Assembly: GCA_963813715.1 (NCBI GenBank)
Contig: CAWFAK010000017.1
Location: forward strand, 224,001-288,000
Source: an uncultured Planctomycetaceae bacterium
GTDB lineage: Bacteria; Planctomycetota; Planctomycetia; Planctomycetales; Planctomycetaceae
Direction: 5' to 3'
Length of the DNA stretch: 64,000 nt
The notes beneath the pieces are model-generated. The model saw only the letters and a list, made by a program, of their open reading frames with translations, was not told where the DNA came from and made no database searches. Positions 43,250 through 53,620 of this stretch are shown piece after piece. How positions within the stretch are numbered: position 1 is the stretch's first letter; every line of letters begins with the position of its first letter. The position numbers were made by a program, and so were the translations under genes.

Positions 43250-43859
43250 GCCGCACCTCTTGAACCACGGAATGGAGGTGCTGCGAAAGCTTTTGCAGGG
43301 CATAGCGATAACGGCTGGCTGCCGTATTCGGAGACTGGCCGAGAATTTCTCCGATCTCCGCAAACGTCATTTCTTCCCAGATCTTGAGGACCACCACTTC
43401 GGCCTGGGTGGAGGGAAGTTTTCGCAGCGCCAGCCGGACCAGCTGATGGATTTCTTCCTCCCCGTGCGGAGGAGCATCGGACCAGATCCGGGCGTCGGGT
43501 CGGGTGAGCGACCGCATCGGCCGTCGGCGACGGACGATGTTGAGGGCCTCGTTGCGGGTGATCTTCAGCAGGTAGGCCCAGGGATAGCGAGCTCGCGCGA
43601 GCAGGCCAGGCCGCAGAGCGATCCGCACCAGCGCGGCCTGCACGGCGTCTTCGGCGTCGTCCCGTTGCCGGGTCAGCGTGCTGGCGTAACGAACGAGCCG
43701 CGAAGCAGTTGCGTCATACAGCCCACCAAGGGCACTGACCCCCTGCTCTGCCAGCCGTTCGGCACAGAACCGGACGCGGTCGGCAAATTCGCTTGAATCG
43801 TGGGTGTCCACGATCGTCTTGACGCTGTCCGGGGTCGGCTTTGTCTTAAAAAACTTCAT
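43242..43859 (-). CDS. ECF RNA polymerase sigma factor
   Basis: DAEDAVQ, AYLLKITRNEA, EMTFAEIGEILG.S.NTAASRYRYAL; ATGA overlap with the permease. Confidence 0.92.
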   Translation of the reverse strand: MKFFKTKPTPDSVKTIVDTHDSSEFADRVRFCAERLAEQGVSALGGLYDATASRLVRYASTLTRQRDDAEDAVQAALVRIALRPGLLARARYPWAYLLKITRNEALNIVRRRRPMRSLTRPDARIWSDAPPHGEEEIHQLVRLALRKLPSTQAEVVVLKIWEEMTFAEIGEILGQSPNTAASRYRYALQKLSQHLHSVVQEVRHA

Positions 43860-44962
43860 TGCCAGCGGAAAATCTTGAGTGCGACGGCGAACGACACGAC
43901 ACTCCAGACCGCCATGATTGCGATTTGGCCCCCCTGCGAAGCCAGGGAAGACCCCTCCAGCATGACCGAACGCAAGGCGTTGATCAAGGGGGTTAACGGC
44001 AGGACCTGGATGAAGGGCTGGGCGGCCGCCGGAAACCGGTCCGACGAGAAGAAGATGCCCGAAAGCATCCACATCGGCAGCATGACGACGTTCATCAATC
44101 CTGAGACTGCCTCGACCGTCTTTGCCCGGCTGGCCACCAACAGGCCAAGGCCGGAGAACATCGTCGCCCCCAGCACCACCAGGACGGCCACCGTCCCGTA
44201 CGAGCCATAGTAGTAGACGCCGAAGACGTAGCGGGCAAAGAGCAACAGCACCAGCACTTCCGGGATCATGAACAGCATGCGGCTGAGCATGATCGCCGCC
44301 AGGAAGTCCCCCTTCTTCATCGGCGTGGCCAGAAATCGCTTGAGCAGTTTGCGAATCCGCATGTCGACCGTCACAAAGCCGACACCCCACAGGCCGCCCC
44401 CCATCAGGCTCATCCCCAGCAATCCGGGGACGAGAAAATCGACATAGCGGCCGCCCGGCTCTTCGAACTTCTGCTCGGTCGATTTGACCGGGTCGACACG
44501 GCCGGCCGCCTGTTGCAGGGTATTGTTCACCGACTCGCGGGCGACGACGTTTTCTGGCCGCGACGGATCGAATTCGTATTGGTAGGTCACCGGGCTGCCG
44601 GTCGCCGAGACGACCAGTTGCGTCTTGCCGGTTCGTAAACGAACGCGGCACTCGGTGGCATCGCACGTCCTGACCTGGAATCGCGCGTCGGCCGACAGCG
44701 CTTTGACGATGGTAACCGACTGCGGCCCCGATTCGACGTCGACGATCACGTGCTCCGCCGGCTGGTTACGAAAGGCGATACCCAGCCCCACGATCATCAG
44801 GATCGGGAAGACATACACCCAGAAGACGGCCTCGGGCTCGCGAAAGAATTCCTTTAGGCGCGCCAGCACGAGCTGAGCGATCGGACGATCGAAGAATCCG
44901 CGCGGCCGTGCGGCCGCCGACTCGATCTGTTGCGCAGGAGGTGGAGTCTCGGCGATGGTCAT
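43856..44962 (-). CDS. ABC-2 type exporter permease
   Basis: YVDFLVPG, LKRFLATP, SGIFF, LPLT. Confidence 0.92.
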   Translation of the reverse strand: MTIAETPPPAQQIESAAARPRGFFDRPIAQLVLARLKEFFREPEAVFWVYVFPILMIVGLGIAFRNQPAEHVIVDVESGPQSVTIVKALSADARFQVRTCDATECRVRLRTGKTQLVVSATGSPVTYQYEFDPSRPENVVARESVNNTLQQAAGRVDPVKSTEQKFEEPGGRYVDFLVPGLLGMSLMGGGLWGVGFVTVDMRIRKLLKRFLATPMKKGDFLAAIMLSRMLFMIPEVLVLLLFARYVFGVYYYGSYGTVAVLVVLGATMFSGLGLLVASRAKTVEAVSGLMNVVMLPMWMLSGIFFSSDRFPAAAQPFIQVLPLTPLINALRSVMLEGSSLASQGGQIAIMAVWSVVSFAVALKIFRWQ

Positions 44963-45930
44963 GGGGTCGAAACGTCCTCTTCCTCCAAGTGGCGGCCGGC
45001 CAGCTTGACGAAAACGTCCTCCAGGCTGGCGTGGCGCGTCGACAGGCTTGCCAGCGGCCAGCGTTTTCCTTCGAGCGTCGTGAGCAATGCCGGCAGCGTG
45101 CGGTGCGGCTCGGCGACCGACAGACAAATCCGTCCGTGATCGACGTAGGCCGACTGCACTGTGGGCAGGCGCGAGAAGAGATCGAGGTCGCCGGAGATTT
45201 CGTTCGCGGCACCGTTCGAGTCGCTTCCTAGCGTGAACTCGATCACGTGTTCGCCCCCCAGGCTGACGATTAACTCACGCGGCGTTCCCTGCGCGATAAC
45301 TTTACCGCGGTCGACAATCGCGACGCGATCGCAGAGCCGCTCAGCCTCGTCAAGATAATGCGTGGTGAGCAGGACCGTTCGTCCCCGGCGGCGATAGTCG
45401 CGAATGATCTCCCACAGCTGCCGTCGCGATTTCGGATCGAGGCCCGTCGTGGGCTCGTCGAGAAATAACAGCTCTGGATTGCCGACGAGTGCGCAGGCGA
45501 CGGCCAGCCGTTGCTTCTGACCGCCCGAAAGCTTGCCGACCCAGGTCTTGGCTTTCTCCGTGAGTTCGACCTGCTCCATCACTTTGGCCGGTTCGGTCCC
45601 CTGCTTGTAGAAACTGCGAAACAGGTCCAACGTTTCCCGGACGGACAGCTTCTCGGACAGTTTTGTTTCTTGAAACGAAATGCCGATCCGTTGGCGGATG
45701 GCGTCCTCGTGCTGGCCCCATCGACGACCGAGCACTTCGACGTCGCCTGACGTCGGCGCGAGCAGGCCTTCCATGATCTCAATCGTGGTGGTCTTGCCCG
45801 CTCCGTTGGGGCCGAGCAATCCGAAGCACTCGCCCTCGACGACTTCTAAATCGAGACCGCGGACCGCCTCCACCGGGGGGCGGCCTTCGTAGGTCTTCAC
45901 GAGATTTTGACAGTGGATGACGGAGCGCAT
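44959..45930 (-). CDS. ABC transporter ATP-binding protein
   Basis: GPNGAGKT, LSGGQ, LDEPT, TTH. Confidence 0.96.
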   Translation of the reverse strand: MRSVIHCQNLVKTYEGRPPVEAVRGLDLEVVEGECFGLLGPNGAGKTTTIEIMEGLLAPTSGDVEVLGRRWGQHEDAIRQRIGISFQETKLSEKLSVRETLDLFRSFYKQGTEPAKVMEQVELTEKAKTWVGKLSGGQKQRLAVACALVGNPELLFLDEPTTGLDPKSRRQLWEIIRDYRRRGRTVLLTTHYLDEAERLCDRVAIVDRGKVIAQGTPRELIVSLGGEHVIEFTLGSDSNGAANEISGDLDLFSRLPTVQSAYVDHGRICLSVAEPHRTLPALLTTLEGKRWPLASLSTRHASLEDVFVKLAGRHLEEEDVSTP

Positions 45931-47367
45931 ACCTAACGCAAGGACAAGCGGGGCTATGTGGACGTTCGCTCATTATTGAGAAGCAAGCGCAATCCGTCCA
46001 TTGCCGCCAGTCGCGCGTGTAGTTCGTCGCCGATGCGCCGTTCTTGCGTGATTGCGGAAGGATTTGCGGCGCCCACGCCTGCATTTTGCTCGCCCATCGA
46101 ACGGCGGCTGTCAGCGGTTGGCGGAAATTCGGACGTATTTTTGGATCAGTCGTGGATTCTCTTACGCGTTTTGCGTTTATTAGCGCCGTGCTGCGGCGCC
46201 ACGATTCGGCTCAGCGCATTCGTCGCCAGGACGACGGAGGCTTAGCCGCAACCGCCGCGGCACGTCAATGTTAGAGCACGGCCGGATCGCGTGCCGTTCC
46301 ATGGGAGGGCAGCCCAGCGGGACTGTCACCGCGCTTTGCGTGTGCATACGTCATTTCAGTGTTGAACCGTACACTGAGCGCGCGGGCCTCGATGGAACTG
46401 TTTTGGTAAATCTTTCCACGCACCCGCTGCGCCCGGCGGCGGCCCCCCTCTGGGACCGACGCAAAAGTCGCCGTCCGGAAAAATTCCGGTGGTCTCGCGA
46501 CTTGAGTTCCGCGGACGCGACGCCGGCCCCCCGAAGTTCTTATTCGTCGTCGTGTTGCGAGCGTCCGAGCCGCATCCGGCGATCGATGCATGTTGGATGG
46601 TTTCTTGCCATCCGTTTCGCGGCGAAACCGCGGGGTCCGCCGTCGAGCAGTCCATTGGTATGCAGTTTCCTCTCTGGGGACCGCTCGGGCCTGCCAGAAC
46701 ATCCTGTCGAACAATTGAGCCGCCACAAACTCTGTCCTTCACGAGTGCCGGCAAATTCCCGGGGCCAATCCGTTTTGAAATCGGCGATGAGCCGCGCCGG
46801 GTAGTGTGCGCGCCGAGCGCGACACGGTGCCGCCGCGGTCCAACGTCTCGCAACCCACGTCACCAGCCGGGCCGCGAAAGAGAACCCACGATGAATCGCA
46901 ATCGCCGACGAGCGCGGCTCCGCGCGTACCGTGCGATCCCGTTCGCTTCGTTCAGCATCCGGCCGACGTTTGCGAGCAACGAGTCCTGGCCTTGGTCACG
47001 TCGGGCGCCGCGACGGCTTCGGATTCTGATGACGGGAGACGCGCCGGCTGCACTCCCAGGTGTGGCGCACCCGAGCAACATTCCGGGGCGCGCCCCGCTC
47101 GAGTAGTTGGCAGCACTCACACGACCGGGCCGTGGGGTCCGATGGTTTAGGCGAACGATTGGGATCGCCGTATCGAGCGAGTCGTTGCCGCGAACCGGTC
47201 GGCCCGTCTGGCCAAATCACTCGGGTCAAACGACGCGGGCCATCGAGTCAGGGCCTGTATCCTGGCCGGGTCAGTCGGCGTGCGGCGGACGACCGTCGCG
47301 TGACTGAGCCCTTCGTACCTGAACACCGAAAGAGGAACCGGGCCAATTTCCAAAAAGGGGAACCACG

Positions 47368-49902
47368 ATGAAACGCAGTTGGAAACGGAACCGGAGTCGA
47401 GCCCTACGACGCAATCCGCAAAAATTCACGCAACATGCCGCCGACGTGCTCGAGCCGCGAGTGCTGTTGTCGGCGACGACGGCCGCTCCGGCGGCGAAAA
47501 CCCCGGCGCCAACCGCGTCGAGCGTCGAATCCTTCAACGGTGCCGGCAACAACATCGCCAACCCGACTTGGGGTCAGGCGGGCACCGACTTGCTGCGGCT
47601 CACTCCCGCGCAATATGCCAACGGCATCAATTCGCCGTCGTTGCCGCAAGATCCGAGCGCCCGGCTCATTTCCAATATCGTCAACAACCAGGCCGATCCG
47701 GCCGATCCGTCGCAGGACATCGCGACGGTCGATCAGAATTCCCTGTCCGATTTTGGCTACGCCTTCGGTCAGTTCATCGATCATGACCTCGATCTGACGC
47801 AAGGGACGGGCGCGTCCGATCCGATTCAGGTGCCGGTGGGTGATCCGATCGGCGGGCCCAACGACACGCCTCTGGCCTTCCAGCGTTCGGCAACCGATCC
47901 GGCAACGGGGACGAGCACCAGCAACCCGCTGCAGAATCCGACGTCGGTGACTTCGTATCTCGACCTGTCGCAGGTCTACGGTTCGGACCTGGCGACCGAC
48001 AACGCCTTGCGGACCTTTGTCGGCGGGCAGATGAAAACCAGCGCGGGTGGATTGCTTCCGCTCGACAACAGCACCTATTTCACCCCAACCCAGCTGGCGC
48101 AAATCAACGCCTCGGTCGGCGGAATGGCCGACGATGGGCCGCTGCCCGAGTCGCAGATGTTCGTCACGGGCGACACCCGCGGCAACGAGAACCTCGAGCT
48201 GACCGCTTTGCAGACGCTGTTTCTCGACAACCACAACCGCATTGCGGCGGAGCTGCAGAAGGAGAATCCGACTTGGACCGACCAGCAGCTCTTCGATGAG
48301 GCCCGCAAACTTAACATCGCGGAGTATCAGTCGATCATTTACAACGAGTGGATTCCGGCCGTGCTGGGCCAGAATGCCCTGCCCGCCTACACGGGCTACA
48401 ATCCGAACGTCAACGCCACGATCGCGGACGAGTTCTCAACCGTGGCCTTCCGCTTCGGCCACAGCCTCCTAAGCGGACAGATTGAACGGCAGGGAAATGA
48501 CGGTCAGGCAGTCGCCGGCGACGTACCGCTCGAACAAGACTTCTTCGACCCGAACTTGCTCAGTGGCCAAGGCCAGCCGACCACGGTCGACCCGCTCACG
48601 GGTCTCACGAGCACGAGCATCGGCGCCATTCTCAAAGGCGATGCCGACGGCAATTCCCAGGCCTCCGACGTCGAGACGATCAACGAAGTCCGCGACGAGC
48701 TCTTCAACGAGGTCGTGCCCGGCGTCGGTTACGGCCAGGACCTGATTGCCCTCGATATCCAACGGGGCCGCGACCAGGGAATCGGCTCGTACAACGAAGT
48801 CCGCCAGGCGCTGGGGCTGGCGCCCGTTACCAGCTTCGCGCAGATCACGTCGAATGTGACGGTCCAGAAGGAGCTGCAAGAAGCATACGGCAACGTCAAT
48901 AACATCGACGCGTTCGAGGGGGGGCTGGCCGAAGACCATGTCCCCGGGTCGGACGTCGGCCAGCTATTCCAGACGATTCTGGTCAATCAGTTTACACGGT
49001 TGAGGGACGGAGATCGCTTCTTCTATCTCAACGAAACGTTCACGCCGGCCGAGCAGGCGATTCTGAACCAGGGAAACACGTTGGCGAAGGTCATCGAGTC
49101 CAACACCAACATCACCAACCTGCAAAGCGACGTGTTCCTGTTCAAGGCTTCGATCAGCGGGACGGTCAACCTGAATCTGTTCGGCGGAAACCGCGGCGGA
49201 ATCGGGCTACCCGGACTCACGGTGCAACTGCAGGACACGAGCGGCGACATTTTGGCCACAACCACGACCGGTCGCGGCGGCAGTTACAGCTTCAACCAGC
49301 TCAGCACCGGCAACACAAACCTGGCGCTGACTCCCGGCGTGAGCGGGACGGGGACCTATCAGATCGTCGTCGTCTTGCCGTCGTTCCTCGAGCAGATCGG
49401 CCAAGGTCCCGGAACCATCACCGTGACTCGCGGCGGCCAGAACTTTCCGAACGTCAATTTCGAGGTGGGACTCAATTTCAGCGGCACGAGCCCGCAATCG
49501 TTCCAGGCCGATTTGTCATCATTGCAGTCGATCCTGACCGGATCAGGAGCCCAGTCGACCGTGGGTGATAACGGCGGAACAACCGAGGGCAACACCGGCG
49601 CTACGACGCGCGTCACGGCAAGGGGTGGCACCGCGACGACGAATCCGTCGGCATTACTCAGCGAGTTGGAAAGCGAACTGTCGTCCCTGCAAACGAGCTG
49701 GTCTGGCACGGGCACGACGAGCGCCAATGCGGGCGGCTCGGCGGCTGCGTCCTCGTCCTCGGGGGCGAACAGCGGCGTGGTTGATTCGGCCGACTCGAGC
49801 GACTCCGGCTCCAGCGGCGCCGGAGGCTCCGCGAACCCGCCGACACAGTCGCTCGATGCGGCGTTCGAGGAGTTCTCGAAGATCGCCGACAGTTTGAAGT
49901 AG
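47368..49902 (+). CDS. Secreted animal-type heme peroxidase (peroxidase-cyclooxygenase superfamily) with SdrD-B-like domain and Ser/Gly-rich tail
   Basis: LEPRVLLS export motif; GQFIDHD, TSYLDLSQVYGS, GDTRGNE, AFRFGHS, DIQRGRDQG, RLRDGDRF. Confidence 0.93.
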   Translation: MKRSWKRNRSRALRRNPQKFTQHAADVLEPRVLLSATTAAPAAKTPAPTASSVESFNGAGNNIANPTWGQAGTDLLRLTPAQYANGINSPSLPQDPSARLISNIVNNQADPADPSQDIATVDQNSLSDFGYAFGQFIDHDLDLTQGTGASDPIQVPVGDPIGGPNDTPLAFQRSATDPATGTSTSNPLQNPTSVTSYLDLSQVYGSDLATDNALRTFVGGQMKTSAGGLLPLDNSTYFTPTQLAQINASVGGMADDGPLPESQMFVTGDTRGNENLELTALQTLFLDNHNRIAAELQKENPTWTDQQLFDEARKLNIAEYQSIIYNEWIPAVLGQNALPAYTGYNPNVNATIADEFSTVAFRFGHSLLSGQIERQGNDGQAVAGDVPLEQDFFDPNLLSGQGQPTTVDPLTGLTSTSIGAILKGDADGNSQASDVETINEVRDELFNEVVPGVGYGQDLIALDIQRGRDQGIGSYNEVRQALGLAPVTSFAQITSNVTVQKELQEAYGNVNNIDAFEGGLAEDHVPGSDVGQLFQTILVNQFTRLRDGDRFFYLNETFTPAEQAILNQGNTLAKVIESNTNITNLQSDVFLFKASISGTVNLNLFGGNRGGIGLPGLTVQLQDTSGDILATTTTGRGGSYSFNQLSTGNTNLALTPGVSGTGTYQIVVVLPSFLEQIGQGPGTITVTRGGQNFPNVNFEVGLNFSGTSPQSFQADLSSLQSILTGSGAQSTVGDNGGTTEGNTGATTRVTARGGTATTNPSALLSELESELSSLQTSWSGTGTTSANAGGSAAASSSSGANSGVVDSADSSDSGSSGAGGSANPPTQSLDAAFEEFSKIADSLK

Positions 49903-49943
49903 CTCTCCGGCAGTTCGAGCGAGATCCCAGCGCTCGAGGCCGT

Positions 49944-49992
49944 TGCGAGCCGGCCGGTTTCTGCCCCCGAACCGACCGGCTCGCATTTTTTT
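49944..49992 (+). terminator. Rho-independent terminator after the peroxidase gene
   Basis: 16-bp stem with one mismatch followed by T7. Confidence 0.85.
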
Positions 49993-50066
49993 GCCGGGGC
50001 CGGTCCGTCTCCGCCGCGGACGAAGCCTGCTAAGATACAAAGCATCCCCGCGAATCGGAGTGATCC

Positions 50067-50363
50067 ATGCCCGAAGTCCCCAAGTCCGGCGGAGTTGAAG
50101 AGCGGCTTTACGTGCCCGACCATGCCGGCTGGAAGGCAGCCATCAAGCAGGACTGGAACAAGGAATACTGTTACATCCAGCGTGCGGGCGAGGAGTTTTA
50201 TCACTTGCTCGTCACGGGCGAGATTTACCTGCAGCGCGGCACCGAGAAATACTGCTTGAGCTGCGCCCTGCGCCACGGATACATCACACACGAGCGAGCG
50301 TTCTGGCTACGGCGGCCCAGTTCCGTTGCCGCAGAACAAACGATCGAGCCGTCTGAGACCTAG
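50067..50363 (+). CDS. Small hypothetical protein with Cys/His cluster (YC...H...CLSC)
   Basis: Protein-like composition; possible zinc-binding residues. Confidence 0.65.
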   Translation: MPEVPKSGGVEERLYVPDHAGWKAAIKQDWNKEYCYIQRAGEEFYHLLVTGEIYLQRGTEKYCLSCALRHGYITHERAFWLRRPSSVAAEQTIEPSET

Positions 50364-50382
50364 CGGTCACCGAGCCGGTCGG

Positions 50383-51450
50383 CTACGACTCGTATTCGGA
50401 CAGCTCGGACAGATCGATGCCCGACGTTCCAGTCACGTTGCGTAGGGGAGCGGTTTCGGCCGCACGCGCGGCGGGTCCGCCCACGGCCTGGCTACGATGC
50501 GCGAGGTGCGTCATCATTTCGACCGCCAGCAGGTCGGCTCGCGACATCACGTGACGCGCGCTGCGGTTGCCCAGGCCCTTCACCAGGCTCTCGACGCAGC
50601 CCAAATGCAACTGCAGGGCCTCGTGCGGCGGCATCCGTGCGGCGAGCAGTCGATCGGTCATTTCCGAAATCTCGGCCGCCAGGCTGCCGGAACCCATCAG
50701 CACGTAAGAACGCAGCAGCGAGGCATAGTCGGCCGCGAACTGATGCGTAGCATCCTCTTCGGTTTCGACAGCGGCGGATTCGACCGACACGTCCTGGTGG
50801 AAGCGTTCGGCACGCGGGTTGGTCGGTTGACGCAAAGGATGCGGCAACGCTTCCAACTCGGCGATCAATTGTCGTTGGTGCGCGAGCAATTGCTCGGATT
50901 CGTCGCGCTCACGCACGAGGCGGCGATGGTTGGCTGTGGTCAACGTGCGGTTCTCTCGCTGTAACACTCCGCGGATCAGCGATCGCTTGACGACTCCGCC
51001 AAGCGAGGCAGATTCCCAACCGCGCGGCGAGACGAAGACATCGCAATCACAGTTGCAGGCTTCGTTCCACTCGGCATCCGTCAGCAGGCGGCCGACGACA
51101 ACCACCGGCTCCAGACAGCCGGCGGTCCGGGCGGCGCGGATCAGCCCGAACGGCCCATTATCGTCCGAGGGAGCCGCGAGCGAGGCGGGCACATCGACGA
51201 GCAGACAGTCAAACTGCTCTTCGCGGAGACGCGAAAGCGCAGCTCGCGGCGACGAGACCCAAACCAGCCGCGGCGGCGCTAACCCCACGGCGTTCAGTCC
51301 GACGGTGAGCAACACCCAAGAGGGCTCGCGCTCGCAAACGCACAACAAGCGCGGGGCTCCGCCCTGGTACCGGGCGGATGGGCTCGGTTCGGCCACGTCT
51401 TCCGCTGGCTTGGGCGCGGACTTCAGAATGCTGCCAAAAGGTTCGGGCAT
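50383..51450 (-). CDS. Atypical receiver domain + coiled coil + RsbU_N-like helical domain protein
   Basis: FDCLLVD receiver strand; YASLLRSYV...PHEALQLH. Confidence 0.6.
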   Translation of the reverse strand: MPEPFGSILKSAPKPAEDVAEPSPSARYQGGAPRLLCVCEREPSWVLLTVGLNAVGLAPPRLVWVSSPRAALSRLREEQFDCLLVDVPASLAAPSDDNGPFGLIRAARTAGCLEPVVVVGRLLTDAEWNEACNCDCDVFVSPRGWESASLGGVVKRSLIRGVLQRENRTLTTANHRRLVRERDESEQLLAHQRQLIAELEALPHPLRQPTNPRAERFHQDVSVESAAVETEEDATHQFAADYASLLRSYVLMGSGSLAAEISEMTDRLLAARMPPHEALQLHLGCVESLVKGLGNRSARHVMSRADLLAVEMMTHLAHRSQAVGGPAARAAETAPLRNVTGTSGIDLSELSEYES

Positions 51451-51734
51451 GCGACAGTCGCTCGAGGCTCAGCGCGAATCCTGGCGAAGAGGATTACTTC
51501 GAGCCCTGGACGATCAGGATTTTTTGTAGGAGAGCGAATCGCGAACGCCGCGTTGCGCCGGAATTCAGCACTGCGCGGACAACGAGACGGGAGAAAGGGC
51601 CGTCTTTTAGGCCCGGAGAGGCACCGCTGTCAAGACCGGGATGACGCGGCAGTTCAGGTGGTCTGGGCGTTCTCGATCGGCATGTGCCTGATCCGCCGCC
51701 CGCCTAATGCGACGATGATCGCAGAAAACCGATT

Positions 51735-51974
51735 TTAGATTGCACCGACCGGCTGGGAGCACTGGCGTACGACGAGATGGTTTAGCACTTCGTCGACGCC
51801 GGCCACGCTACGGGCCAGGTTGCAGATGTCGTGGTCGGTTTCGCCTTCCAGCACGCCTTCGAGGCACACCCCGTTGGGAATTCGGCGGATCACCAGCGAG
51901 GCAATCTGCAGCCCCGGCTGGGAGCGCAGCCGGCGATGCACGGCTTGCTCGAGTCCGTGCGGTGCTCCGATCAA
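51735..51974 (-). CDS. Small BON-like domain protein (start uncertain)
   Basis: VCLEG...ARSVAGVDEVLNHLVV. Confidence 0.6.
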   Translation of the reverse strand: MIGAPHGLEQAVHRRLRSQPGLQIASLVIRRIPNGVCLEGVLEGETDHDICNLARSVAGVDEVLNHLVVRQCSQPVGAI

Positions 51975-52300
51975 ATGGAGCGCCTCGGACTGACCAGCCG
52001 GCTCGAAAAAGCGCGTGACGAGCCAACTTCAGGGCGGCGGTTCCGCATCCTCGATTCCTTTCTGGGCAATACCGGCTGACGCTCGGCGTCAGTTCGAGCG
52101 AGACTCGAACATCAAGATTCTAAACCGCTCCCATTCAGTCTGCGAGCGTGCGGAACAAAAATCCACATCCTCGCGACGGATTTTGGCGATGGTTCCGCGC
52201 AACCCTTTTCTTAGTGATGCCCTTCCAAGGCCGCAGCTTAAGCGTGTCTCGCAGGGCCACCGGGACGGCCGCGTATGGGCACTGACCAAGAACGCGATTC

Positions 52301-53004
52301 TCAGTAGGCCCCGCGTCCGGTGACGACGGCCGGAATGGTCAACATCAGCAGCTTCAGATCCAGCAGCAAACTGCGGTTCTGGATGTAGTCCAGATCGAGC
52401 TGCACCTGCTCAGAAAACGGAAGGTCGCCGCGGCCGCTCACCTGCCAGATGCAGGTGATACCGGGCTGGACGTGCAAGCGGCGACGGTCGCGATCAGAAT
52501 AAAGGTTCACCTCGGAGGGGACCGGCGGGCGCGGACCAACGAGCGACATATCGCCCACCACAACGTTCCAGAGCTGGGGCAATTCGTCGATGCTCGTCTT
52601 GCGGATGATCCGGCCGATCCAGGTGATCCGGGGATCGCGGGGATCTTGAACGTCCGCGGATCGGCGTGATGGTTCAGCGCCTGCAGCTCTTCTTTCAGCC
52701 GCTCCGCGTGCGGGACCATCGAGCGGAACTTGTAGCACGTGAACTCCGCGCCGTCTTTGCCGACGCGCGTCTGCGTAAAGAACACCGGTCCATGATCCCA
52801 AAGCTTGATCGACAGTGCGACCAATGCCAAGAGGGGTGAGATCAGAACCAGAATCGGCAACGTGACGGCCAAGTCGAGGACGCGCTTGGCGATCAGGTAG
52901 CCCCGCAGGCTGACGTGAGCGGCCTCGGTCGTGTCGACAAACGTCTGCCAGGTGCGAAACTGAGAAGCATCGATCGCAGCATCCGAAGGATACTCGTGAG
53001 TCAT
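52301..53004 (-). CDS. Priming sugar transferase (Bac_transf family); frameshift near 52640
   Basis: KRVLDL, YKFRSM, DPRIT..G...RKTSIDELPQL.NV..GDMSLVGPRP. Confidence 0.93.
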
Positions 53005-53620
53005 TGGACTGCTCGACTCCTACTGTAAAAACCTGAACTCCGTCCAAGTCGCTACGGCGGAACAGGCAAAATCATTTTGCTGAACGTCTTCGAGCAAGCA
53101 GCAGAGACCTTGATCGCGCCCCGTACCACGAACAATTCCCTTGCTCGTGTGTATGTTTTGGCCCACTGCGGGTACGGAGGGATAAGCTAGGCGCTCTGCG
53201 GGAATACAGCTCCGGTAAAATTGGACTCTTGAGAAAAGTGTCTCCACACCCCGCAGTTTGACAAGCACGGACTTTACCAATCTACAATCACGCAGTTCAA
53301 GCGTTGGGGCGCGAACTCACCGGTTTTTTTCCAAGCCCTCACCATCGATTCACGCGATGGAGTTCATTTTTCACAGACGACCCGCTAGCGTTTGAACACT
53401 CCGGGCCGCAGAGACTGACAGCTGGCACGCACCGTTCTGGGGAGAAAGAGGCTGGAAAAGCTCAGGCTTGCGGCCGTCTGACTCGTGGCATTCTCAGGAT
53501 GCAGATCGAAGTCAGGCCCCCCTCGCGCGGACCGCAGTCCGCCATTCATCCGCTCGCCAGCTGCGCGGCTCGAGGGCAGCGTCGCCGCGAAATCCGCTCA
53601 CCTTCAGGACGGGCTCGGGA

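Noticed and set aside
43242..44666. 474-aa ORF as an extended sigma factor
   Set aside because: The N-terminal part is an alternate frame over the permease; the real start is 43859
46450..46505. c-di-GMP-I riboswitch (GACGCAAAAG)
   Set aside because: No preceding GGCAAAC/GNRA P2 stem; far from a start codon
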